Positions 12,601-26,700 of a stretch of DNA of 64,000 nucleotides are shown one piece after another. The DNA lies in assembly GCF_009914755.1 (NCBI RefSeq), contig NC_060925.1; one strand, given 5' to 3'. Each line of letters begins with the position of its first letter. Within the stretch, counting starts at the first letter, position 1. Source of the stretch: the human T2T-CHM13v2.0 reference genome, Homo sapiens. A program made the translations under genes and the position numbers. The notes under the pieces are model-generated. The model made no database searches. It was given only the letters and a program-made list of their open reading frames with translations, and was not told the origin of the DNA.

Positions 12601-15600
12601 ATGGAATCGTCATCGAATGAATTGAATGCAATCATCGAATGGTCTCGAACGGAATCATCTTCTAATGGAAAGGAATGGAATCATCGCATAGAATCGAATG
12701 GAATTATCATCGAATGGAATCGAATGGTATCAACACCAAACGGAAAAAAACGGAATTATCGAATGGAATCGAAGAGAATCTTCGAACGGACCCGAATGGA
12801 ATCATCTAATGGAATGGAATGGAATAATCCATGGACTCGAATGCAATCATCATCGAATGGAATCGAATGGAATCATCGAATGGACTCGAATGGAATAATC
12901 ATTGAACGGAATCGAATGGAATCATCATCGGATGGAAACGAATGGAATCATCATCGAATGGAAATGAAAGGAGTCATCATCTAATGGAATTGCATGGAAT
13001 CATCATAAAATGGAATCGAATGGAATCAACATCAAATGGAATCAAATGGAATCATTGAACGGAATTGAATGGAATCGTCATCGAATGAATTGACTGCAAT
13101 CATCGAATGGTCTCGAATGGAATCATCTTCAAATGGAATGGAATGGAATCATCGCATACAATCGAATGGAATTATCATCGAATGGCATCGAATGGAATCA
13201 ACATCCAACGGAAAAAAACGGAATTATCGAATGGAATCGAAGAGAATCATCGAATGGACCCGAATGGAATCATCTAATGGAATGGAATGGAATAATCCAT
13301 GGACTCGAATGCAATCATCATCGAATGGAATCGAATGGAATCATCGAATGGACTCGAATGGAATAATCATTGAACGGAATCGAATGGAATCGTCATCGGA
13401 TGGAAATGAATGGAATCATCATCGAATGGAATCGAATAGAATTATGGAATGAAATCCAGTGTGATCATCATCGAATGGACCCGAATGGAATCATCATCCA
13501 ACGGAAGCTAATGGAATCAACATCGAATGAATCGAATGGAAACACCATCGAATTGAAACGAATGGAATTACCATGAAATTGAAATGGATGGACTCATCAT
13601 CGAATGGATTCGAATGGAATCATCGAATAAAATTGATTGAAATCATCATCGAATGGTATCGAATGGTATCATTGAATGGAATCGAATGGAATCATCCTCA
13701 GATGGAAATGAATGGAATCGTCATAGAATGGAATCGAATGGATTCATTGAATGGAATCAGATGGAATCATCGAATGGACTGGAATGGAATCATTGAATGG
13801 ACTCGAAAGGGATCATGATTGAATGGAATTGAATGGAATCATCGAATGGTCTCGATTGGAATCATTATCAAATGGAATCGAATGGAATCACCGAATAGAA
13901 TCGAATGGAACAATCATCGAATGGACTCAAATGGAATTATCCTCAAATGGAATCGAATGGAATTATCGAATGCAATCGAATGGAATTATCGAATGCAATC
14001 GAATAGAATCATCGAATGGACTCGAATGGAATCATCGAATGGAATGGAATGGAACAGTCAATGAACTCGAATGGAATCATCATTGAATGGAATCGAATGG
14101 AATCATCGAGTGGAATCGAATGGAATTATGATCAAATGCAATCGAATGTAATCATCATCAAATGGAATCAAAAATAACCATCATCAATTGGTATTGAATG
14201 GAATTGTCATCAAATGGAATTCAAAGGAATCATCATCAAATGGAACCGAATGGAATCCTCATTGAATGGAAATGAAAGGGGTCATCATCTAATGGAATCG
14301 CATGGAATCATCATAAAATGGAATCGAATGGAATCAACATCAAATGGAATCAAATGGAATCATTGAACGGAATTGAATGGAATCGTCATCGAATGAATTG
14401 GATGCAATCATCGAATGGTCTCGAATGGAATCTTCTTCAAATGGAATGGAATGGAATCATCGCATAGAATCGAATGGAATTATCATCAAATGGAATCGAA
14501 TGGAATCAACATCAAACGGAAAAAAACGGAATTATCGAATGGAACCGAAGAGAATCATCGAATGGACCCGAATGGAATCATCTAATAGAATGGAATGGAA
14601 TAATCCATGGACTCGAATGCAATCATCATCGAATGGAATCGAATGGAATCATCGAATGGACTCGAATGGAATAATCATTGAACGGAATCGATTGGAATCA
14701 TCATCGGATGGAAACGAATGGAATCATCATCGAATGGAAATGAAAGGAGTCATCATCTAATGGAATTGCATGGAATCATCATAAAATGGAATCGAATGGA
14801 ATCAACATCAAATGGAATCAAATGGAATCATTGAACGGAATTGAATGGAATCGTCATCGAATGAATTGACTGCCATCATCCAATGGTCTCGAATGGAATC
14901 ATCTTCAAATGGAATGGAATGGAATCATCGCATAGAAGCGAATGGAATTATCATCGAATGGAATCGAATGGAATCAACATCCAACGGAAAAAAACGGAAT
15001 TATCGAATGGAATCGAAGAGAATCATCGAATGGACCCGAATGGAATCATCTAATGGAATGGAATGGAATAATCCATGGACTCGAATGCAATCATCATCGA
15101 ATGGAATCGAATGGAATCATCGAATGGACTCGAATGGAATAATCATTGAACGGAATCGAATGGAATCATCATCGGATGGAAATGAATGGAATCATCATCG
15201 AATGGAATCGAATAGAATTATGGAATGAAATCCAGTGTGATCATCATCGAATGGACCCGAATGGAATCATCATCCAACGGAAGCTAATGGAATCAACATC
15301 GAATGAATCAAATGGAAACACCATCGAATTGAAACGAATGGAATTATCATGAAATTGAAATGGATGGACTCATCATCGAATGGATTCGAAAGGAATCATC
15401 GAATAAAATTGATTGAAATCATCATCGAATGGAATCGAATGGTATCATTGAATGGAATCGAATGGAATCATCATCAGATGGAAATGAATGGAATCGTCAT
15501 AGAATGGAATCGAATGGATTCATTGAATGGAATCAGATGGAATCATCGAATGGACTGGAATGGAATCATTGAATGGACTCGAAAGGGATCATGATTGAAT

Positions 15601-18600
15601 GGAATTGAATGGAATCATCGAATGGTCTCGATTGGAATCATTATCAAATGGAATCGAATGGAATCACCGAATAGAATCGAATGGAACAATCATCGAATGG
15701 ACTCAAATGGAATTATCCTCCAATGGAATCGAATGGAATTATCGAATGCAATCGAATGGAATTATCGAATGCAATCGAATAGAATCATCGAATGGACTCG
15801 AATGGAATCATCGAATGGAATGGAATGGAACAGTCAATGAACTCGAATGGAATCATCATTGAATGGAATCGAATGGAATCATCGAGTGGAATCGAATGGA
15901 ATTATGATCAAATGGAATCGAATGTAATCATCATCAAATGGAATCAAAAATAACCATCATCAATTGGTATTGAATGGAATTGTCATCAAATGGAATTCAA
16001 AGGAATCAATATCAAATGGAACCGAATGGAATCCTCATTGAATGGAAATGAAAGGGGTCATCATCTAATGGAATCGCATGGAATCATCATCAAATGGAAT
16101 CGAATGGAATCATCATCAAATGGAATCTAATGGAATCATTGAACAGAATTGAATGGAATCGTCATCGAATGAATTGAATGCAATCATCGAATGGTCTCGA
16201 ATGGAATCATCTTCTAATGGAAAGGAATGGAATCATCGCATAGAATCGAATGGAATTATCATCGAATGGAATCGAATGGTATCAACACCAAACGGAAAAA
16301 AACGGAATTATCGAATGGAATCGAAGAGAATCTTCGAACGGACCCGAATGGAATCATCTAATGGAATGGAATGGAATAATCCATGGACTCGAATGCAATC
16401 ATCATCGAATGGAATCGAATGGAACCATCGAATGGACTCGAATGGAATAATCATTGAACGGAATCGAATGGAATCATCATCGGATGGAAACGAATGGAAT
16501 CATCATCGAATGGAAATGAAAGGAGTCATCATCTAATGGAATTGCATGGAATCATCATAAAATGGAATCGAATGGAATCAACATCAAATGGAATCAAATG
16601 GAATCATTGAACGGAATTGAATGGAATCGTCATCGAATGAATTGACTGCAATCATCCAATGGTCTCGAATGGAATCATCTTCAAATGGAATGGAATGGAA
16701 TCATCGCATAGAATCGAATGGAATTATCATCGAATGGAATCGAATGGAATCAACATCAAACGGAAAAAAACGGAATTATCGAATGGAATCGAAGAGAATC
16801 ATCGAATGGACCCGAATGGAATCATCTAATGGAATGGAATGGAATAATCCATGGACTCGAATGCAATCATCATCGAATGGAATCGAATGGAATCATCGAA
16901 TGGACTCGAATGGAATAATCATTGAACGGAATCGAATGGAATCATCATCGGATGGAAATGAATGGAATCATCATCGAATGGAATCGAATAGAATTATGGA
17001 ATGAAATCCAGTGTGATCATCATCGAATGGACCCGAATGGAATCATCATCCAACGGAAGCTAATGGAATCAACATCGAATGAATCGAATGGAAACACCAT
17101 CGAATTGAAACGAATGGAATTATCATGAAATTGAAATAGATGGACTCATCATCGAATGGATTCGAATGGAATCATCGAATAAAATTGATTGAAATCATCA
17201 TCGAATGGAATCGAATGGTATCATTGAATGGAATCGAATGGAATCATCAATAGATGGAAATGAATGGAATCGTCATAGAATGGAATCGAATGGATTCATT
17301 GAATGGAATCAGATGGAATCATCGAATGGACTGGAATGGAATCATTGAATGGACTCGAAAGGGATCATGATTGAATGGAATTGAATGGAATCATCGAATG
17401 GTCTCGATTGGAATCATTATCAAATGGAATCGAATGGAATCACCGAATAGAATCGAATGGAACAATCATCGAATGGACTCAAATGGAATTATCCTCAAAT
17501 GGAATCGAATGGAATTATCGAATGCAATCGAATGGAATTTTCGAATGCAATCGAATAGAATCATCGAATGGACTCGAATGGAATCATCGAATGGAATGGA
17601 ATGGAACAGTCAATGAACACGAATGGAATCATCATTGAATGGAATCGAATGGAATCATCGAGTGGAATCGAATTGAATTATGATCAAATGGAATCGAATG
17701 TAATCATCATCAAATGGAATCAAAAATAACCATCATCAATTGCTATTGAATGGAATTGTCATCAAATGGAATTCAAAGGAATCATCATCAAATGGAACCG
17801 AATGGAATCCTCATTGAATGGAAATGAAAGGGGTCATCATCTAATGGAATCGCATGGAATCATCATCAAATGGAATCAAATGGAATCATCATCAAATGGA
17901 ATCTAATGGAATCATTGAACAGAATTGAATGGAATCGTCATCGAATGAATTGAATGCAATCATCGAATGGTCTCGAATGGAATCATCTTCTAATGGAAAG
18001 GAATGGAATCATCGCATAGAATCGAATGGAATTATCATCGAATGGAATCGAATGGTATCAACACCAAACGGAAAAAAACGGAATTATCGAATGGAATCGA
18101 AGAGAATCTTCGAACGGACCCGAATGGAATCATCTAATGGAATGGAATGGAATAATCCATGGACTCGAATGCAATCATCATCGAATGGAATCGAATGGAA
18201 TCATCGAATGGACTCGAATGGAATAATCATTGAACGGAATCGAATGGAATCATCATCGGATGGAAACGAATGGAATCATCATCGAATGGAAATGAAAGGA
18301 GTCATCATCTAATGCAATTGCATGGAATCATCATCAAATGGAATCGAATGGAATCAACATCAAATGGAATCTAATGGAATCATTGAACAGAATTGAATGG
18401 AATCGTCATCGAATGAATTGACTGCAATCATCGAATGGTCTCGAATGGAATCATCTTCAAATGGAATGGAATGGAATCATCGCATAGAATCGAATGGAAT
18501 TATCATCGAATGGAATCGAATGGAATCAACATCAAACGGAAATAAACAGAATTATCGAATGGAATCGAAGAGAATCATCGCATGGACCCGAATGGAATCA

Positions 18601-19704
18601 TCTAATGGAATGGAATGGAATAATCCATGGACTCGAATGCAATCATCATCGAATGGAATCGAATGGAATCATCGAGTGGACTCGAATGGAATAATCATTG
18701 AACGGAATCGAATGGAATCATCATCGGATGGAAATGAATGGAATCATCATCGAATGGAATCGAATAGAATTATGGAATGAAATCCAGTGTGATCATCATC
18801 GAATGGACCCGAATGGAATCATCATCCAACGGAAGCTAATGGAATCAACATCGAATGAATCAAATGGAAACACCATCGAATTGAAACGAATGGAATTATC
18901 ATGAAATTGAAATGGATGGACTCATCATCGAATGGATTCGAATGGAATCATCGAATAAAATTGATTGAAATCATCATCGAATGGAATCGAATGGTATCAT
19001 TGAATGGAATCGAATGGAATCATCATCAGATGGAAATGAATGGAATCGTCATAGAATGGAATCGAATGGATTCATTGAATGGAATCAGATGGAATCATCG
19101 AATGGACTGGAATGGAATCATTGAATGGACTCGAAAGGGATCATGATTGAATGGAATTGAATGGAATCATCGAATGGTCTCGATTGGAATCATTATCAAA
19201 TGGAATCGAATGGAATCACCGAATAGAATCGAATGGAACAATCATCGAATGGACTCAAATGGAATTATCCTCAAATGGAATCGAATGGAATTATCGAATG
19301 CAATCTAATGGAATTATCGAATGCAATCGAATAGAATCATCGAATGGACTCGAATGGAATCATCGAATGGAATGGAATGGAACAGTCAATGAACTCGAAT
19401 GGAATCATCATTGAATGGAATCGAATGGAATCATCGAGTGGAATCGAATGGAATTATGATCAAATGCAATCGAATGTAATCCTCATCAAATGGAATCAAA
19501 AATAACCATCATCAATTGGTATTGAATGGAATTGTCATCAAATGGAATTCAAAGGAATCATCATCAAATGGAACCGAATGGAATCCTCATTGAATGGAAA
19601 TGAAAGGGGTCATCATCTAATGGAATCGCATGGAATCATCATCAAATGGAATCGAATGGAATCATCATCAAATGGAATCTAATGGAATCATTGAACAGAA
19701 TTGA

Positions 19705-20767
19705 ATGGAATCGTCATCGAATGAATTGAATGCAATCATCGAATGGTCTCGAATGGAATCATCTTCTAATGGAAAGGAATGGAATCATCGCATAGAATCG
19801 AATGGAATTATCATTGAATGGAATCGAATGGTATCAACACCAAACGGAAAAAAACGGAATTATCGAATGGAATCGAAGAGAATCTTCGAACGGACCCGAA
19901 TGGAATCATCTAATGGAATGGAATGGAATAATCCATGGACTCGAATGCAATCATCATCGAATGGAATCGAATGGAATCATCGAATGGACACGAATGGAAT
20001 AATCATTGAACGGAATCGAATGGAATCATCATCGGATGGAAACGAATGGAATCATCATCGAATGGAAATGAAAGGAGTCATCATCTAATGGAATTGCATG
20101 GAATCATCATAAAATGGAATCGAATGGAATCAACATCAAATCGAATCAAACGGAATCATTGAACAGAATTGAATGGAATCGTCATCGAATGAATTGACTG
20201 CAATCATCGAATGGTCTCGAATGGAATCATCTTCAAATGGAATGGAATGGAATCATCGCATAGAATCGAATGGAATTATCACCGAATGGAATCGAATGGA
20301 ATCAACATCAAACGGAAAAAAACGGAATTATCGAATGGAATCGAAGAGAATCATCGAATGGACCCGAATGGAATCATCTAATGGAATGGAATGGAATAAT
20401 CCATGGACTCGAATGCAATCATCATCGAATGGAATCGAATGGAATCATCGAATGAACTCGAATGGAATCATCATTGAATGGAATCGAATGGAATCATCGA
20501 GTGGAATCGAATGGAATTATGATCAAATGGAATCGAATGTAATCATCATCAAATGGAATCAAAAATAACCATCATCAATTGGTATTGAATGGAATTGTCA
20601 TCAAATGGAATTCAAAGGAATCATCATCAAATGGAACCGAATGGAATCCTCATTGAATGGAAATGAAAGGGGTGATCATCTAATGGAATCGCATGGAATC
20701 ATCATCAAATGGAATCGAATGGAATCATCATCAAATGGAATCTAATGGAATCATTGAACAGAATTGA
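19705..20767 (+). repeat. 1,063-bp variant unit (713-bp deletion); also at 26096, 56351 and 62742
   Basis: Spacing is 1,063 bp. Subunit B is joined to the late tail at catcgaatgaactcgaatggaatcatcattg (~20450). Confidence 0.9.
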
Positions 20768-23700
20768 ATGGAATCGTCATCGAATGAATTGAATGCAATC
20801 ATCGAATGGTCTCGAATGGAATCATCTTCTAATGGAAAGGAATGGAATCATCGCATAGAATCGAATGGAATTATCATCGAATGGAATCGAATGGTATCAA
20901 CACCAAACGGAAAAAAACGGAATTATCGAATGGAATCGAAGAGAATCTTCGAACGGACCCGAATGGAATCATCTAATGGAATGGAATGGAATAATCCATG
21001 GACTCGAATGCAATCATCATCGAATGGAATCGAATGGAATCATCGAATGGACTCGAATGGAATAATCATTGAAAGGAATCGAATGGAATCATCATCGGAT
21101 GGAAACGAATGGAATCATCATCGAATGGAAATGAAAGGAGTCATCATCTAATGCAATTGCATGGAATCATCATCAAACGGAATCGAATGGAATCAACATC
21201 AAATGGAATCTAATGGAATCATTGAACAGAATTGAATGGAATCGTCATCGAATGAATTGACTGCAATCATCGAATGGTCTCGAATGGAATCATCTTCAAA
21301 TGGAATGGAATGGAATCATCGCATAGAATCGAATGGAATTATCATCGAATGGAATCGAATGGAATCAACATCAAACGGAAAAAAACGGAATTATCGAATG
21401 GAATCGAAGAGAATCATCGAATGGACCCGAATGGAATCATCTAATGGAATGGAATGGAATAATCCATGGACTCGAATGCAATCATCATCGAATGGAATCG
21501 AATGGAATCATCGAGTGGACTCGAATGGAATAATCATTGAACGGAATCGAATGGAATCATCATCGGATGGAAATGAATGGAATCATCATCGAATGGAATC
21601 GAATAGAATTATGGAATTAAATCCAGTGTGATCATCATCGAATGGACCCGAATGGAATCATCATCCAACGGAAGCTAATGGAATCAACATCGAATGAATC
21701 AAATGGAAACACCATCGAATTGAAACGAATGGAATTATCATGAAATTGAAATGGATGGACTCATCATCGAATGGATTCGAATGGAATCATCGAATAAAAT
21801 TGATTGAAATCATCATCGAATGGAATCGAATGGTATCATTGAATGGAATCGAATGGAATCATCATCAGATGGAAATGAATGGAATCGTCATAGAATGGAA
21901 TCGAATGGATTCATTGAATGGAATCAGATGGAATCATCGAATGGACTGGAATGGAATCATTGAATGGACTCGAAAGGGATCATGATTGAATGGAATTGAA
22001 TGGAATCATCGAATGGTCTCGATTGGAATCATTATCAAATGGAATCGAATGGAATCACCGAATAGAATCGAATGGAACAATCATCGAATGGACTCAAATG
22101 GAATTATCCTCAAATGGAATCGAATGGAATTATCGAATGCAATCGAATGGAATTATCGAATGCAATCGAATAGAATCATCGAATGGACTCGAATGGAATC
22201 ATCGAATGGAATGGAATGGAACAGTCAATGAACTCGAATGGAATCATCATTGAATGGAATCGAATGGAATCATCGAGTGGAATCGAATGGAATTATGATC
22301 AAATGGAATCGAATGTAATCATCATCAAATGGAATCAAAAATAACCATCATCAATTGGTATTGAATGGAATTGTCATCAAATGGAATTCAAGGGAATCAT
22401 CATCAAATGGAACCGAATGGAATCCTCATTGAATGGAAATGAAAGGGGTCATCATCTAATGGAATCGCATGGAATCATCATCAAATGGAATCGAATGGAA
22501 TCATCATCAAATGGAATCTAATGGAATCATTGAACAGAATTGAATGGAATCGTCATCGAATGAATTGAATGCAATCATCGAATGGTCTCGAATGGAATCA
22601 TCTTCTAATGGAAAGGAATGGAATCATCGCATAGAATCGAATGGAATTATCATCGAATGGAATCGAATGGTATCAACACCAAACGGAAAAAAACGGAATT
22701 ATCGAATGGAATCGAAGAGAATCTTCGAACGGACCCGAATGGAATCATCTAATGGAATGGAATGGAATAATCCATGGACTCGAATGCAATCATCATCGAA
22801 TGGAATCGAATGGAATCATCGAATGGACTCGAATGGAATAATCATTGAACGGAATCGAATGGAATCATCATCGGATGGAAACGAATGGAATCATCATCGA
22901 ATGGAAATGAAAGGAGTCATCATCTAATGGAATTGCATGGAATCATCATAAAATGGAATCGAATGGAATCAACATCAAATGGAATCAAATGGAATCATTG
23001 AACGGAATTGAATGGAATCGTCATCGAATGAATTGACTGCAATCATCGAATGGTCTCGAATGGAATCATCTTCAAATGGAATGGAATGGAATCATCGCAT
23101 AGAATCGAATGGAATTATCATCGAATGGAATGGAATGGAATCAACATCAAACGGAAAAAAACGGAATTATCGAATGGAATCGAAGAGAATCATCGAATGG
23201 ACCCGAATGGAATCATCTAATGGAATGGAATGGAATAATCCATGGACTCGAATGCAATCATCATCCAATGGAATCGAATGGAATCATCGAATGGACTCGA
23301 ATGGAATAATCATTGAACGGAATCGAATGGAATCATCATCGGATGGAAATGAATGGAATCATCATCGAATGGAATCGAATAGAATTATGGAATGAAATCC
23401 AGTGTGATCATCATCGAATGGACCCGAATGGAATCATCATCCAACGGAAGCTAATGGAATCAACATCGAATGAATCGAATGGAAACACCATCGAATTGAA
23501 ACGAATGGAATTATCATGAAATTGAAATGGATGGACTCATCATCGAATGGATTCGAATGGAATCATCGAATAAAATTGATTGAAATCATCATCGAATGGA
23601 ATCGAATGGTATCATTGAATGGAATCGAATGGAATCATAATCAGATGGAAATGAATGGAATCGTCATAGAATGGAATCGAATGGATTCATTGAATGGAAT

Positions 23701-26700
23701 CAGATGGAATCATCGAATGGACTGGAATGGAATCATTGAATGGACTTGAAAGGGATCATGATTGAATGGAATTGAATGGAATCATCGAATGGTCTCGATT
23801 GGAATCATTATCAAATGGAATCGAATGGAATCACCGAATAGAATCGAATGGAACAATCATCGAATGGACTCAAATGGAATTATCCTCCAATGGAATCGAA
23901 TGGAATTATCGAATGCAATCGAATGGAATTATCGAATGCAATCGAATAGAATCATCGAATGGACTCGAATGGAATCATCGAATGGAATGGAATGGAACAG
24001 TCAATGAACACGAATGGAATCATCATTGAATGGAATCGAATGGAATCATCGAGTGGAATCGAATGGAATTATGATCAAATGGAATCGAATGTAATCATCA
24101 TCAAATGGAATCAAAAATAACCATCATCAATTGGTATTGAATGGAATTGTCATCAAATGGAATTCAAAGGAATCATCATCAAATGGAACCGAATGGAATC
24201 CTCATTGAATGGAAATGAAAGGGGTCATCGTCTTATGGAATCGCATGGAATCATCATCAAATGGAATCGAATGGAATCATCATCAAATGGAATCTAATGG
24301 AATCATTGAACAGAATTGAATGGAATCGTCATCGAATGAATTGAATGCAATCATCGAATGGTCTCGAATGGAATCATCTTCTAATGGAAAGGAATGGAAT
24401 CATCGCATAGAATCGAATGGAATTATCATCGAATGGAATCGAATGGTATCAACACCAAACGGAAAAAAACGGAATTATCGAATGGAATCGAAGAGAATCT
24501 TCGAACGGACCCGAATGGAATCATCTAATGGAATGGAATGGAATAATCCATGGACTCGAATGCAATCATCATCGAATGGAATCGAATGGAATCATCGAAT
24601 GGACTCGAATGGAATAATCATTGAAAGGAATCGAATGGAATCATCATCGGATGGAAACGAATGGAATCATCATCGAATGGAAATGAAAGGAGTCATCATC
24701 TAATGCAATTGCATGGAATCATCATCAAATGGAATCGAATGGAATCAACATCAAATGGAATCTAATGGAATCATTGAACAGAATTGAATGGAATCGTCAT
24801 CGAATGAATTGACTGCAATCATCGAATGGTCTCGAATGGAATCATCTTCAAATGGAATGGAATGGAATCATCGCATAGAATCGAATGGAATTATCATCGA
24901 ATGGAATCGAATGGAATCAACATCAAACGGAAAAAAACGGAATTATCGAATGGAATCGAAGAGAATCATCGAATGGACCCGAATGGAATCATCTAATGGA
25001 ATGGAATGGAATAATCCATGGACTCGAATGCAATCATCATCGAATGGAATCGAATGGAATCATCGAGTGGACTCGAATGGAATAATCATTGAACGGAATC
25101 GAATGGAATCATCATCGGATGGAAATGAATGGAATCATCATCGAATGGAATCGAATAGAATTATGGAATTAAATCCAGTGTGATCATCATCGAATGGACC
25201 CGAATGGAATCATCATCCAACGGAAGCTAATGGAATCAACATCGAATGAATCGAATGGAAACACCATCGAATTGAAACGAATGGAATTATCATGAAATTG
25301 AAATGGATGGACTCATCATCGAATGGATTCGAATGGAATCATCGAATAAAATTGATTGAAATCATCATCGAATGGAATCGAATGGTATCATTGAATGGAA
25401 TCGAATGGAATCATCATCAGATGGAAATGAATGGAATCGTCATAGAATGGAATCGAATGGATTCATTGAATGGAATCAGATGGAATCATCGAATGGACTG
25501 GAATGGAATCATTGAATGGACTCGAAAGGGATCATGATTGAATGGAATTGAATGGAATCATCGAATGGTCTCGATTGGAATCATTATCAAATGGAATCGA
25601 ATGGAATCACCGAATAGAATCGAATGGAACAATCATCGAATGGACTCAAATGGAATTATCCTCAAATGGAATCGAATGGAATTATCGAATGCAATCGAAT
25701 GGAATTATCGAATGCAATCGAATAGAATCATCGAATGGACTCGAATGGAATCATCGAATGGAATGGAATGGAACAGTCAATGAACTCGAATGGAATCATC
25801 ATTGAATGGAATCGAATGGAATCATCGAGTGGAATCGAATGGAATTATGATCAAATGGAATCGAATGTAATCATCATCAAATGGAATCAAAAATAACCAT
25901 CATCAATTGGTATTGAATGGAATTGTCATCAAATGGAATTCAAAGGAATCATCATCAAATGGAACCGAATGGAATCCTCATTGAATGGAAATGAAAGGGG
26001 TCATCATCTAATGGAATCGCATGGAATCATCATCAAATGGAATCGAATGGAATCATCATCAAATGGAATCTAATGGAATCATTGAACAGAATTGAATGGA
26101 ATCGTCATCGAATGAATTGAATGCAATCATCGAATGGTCTCGAATGTAATCATCTTCTAATGGAAAGGAATGGAATCATCGCATAGAATCGAATGGAATT
26201 ATCATCGAATGGAATCGAATGGTATCAACACCAAACGGAAAAAAACGGAATTATCGAATGGAATCGAAGAGAATCTTCGAACGGACCCGAATGGAATCAT
26301 CTAATGGAATGGAATGGAATAATCCATGGACTCGAATGCAATCATCATCGAATGGAATCGAATGGAATCATCGAATGGACTCGAATGGAATAATCATTGA
26401 ACGGAATCGAATGGAATCATCATCGGATGGAAACGAATGGAATCATCATCGAATGGAAATGAAAGGAGTCATCATCTAATGGAATTGCATGGAATCATCA
26501 TAAAATGGAATCGAATGGAATCAACATCAAATCGAATCAAACGGAATCATTGAACGGAATTGAATGGAATCGTCATCGAATGAATTGACTGCAATCATCG
26601 AATGGTCTCGAATGGAATCATCTTCAAATGGAATGGAATGGAATCATCGCATAGAATCGAATGGAATTATCACCGAAAGCAATTGAATGGAATCAACATC

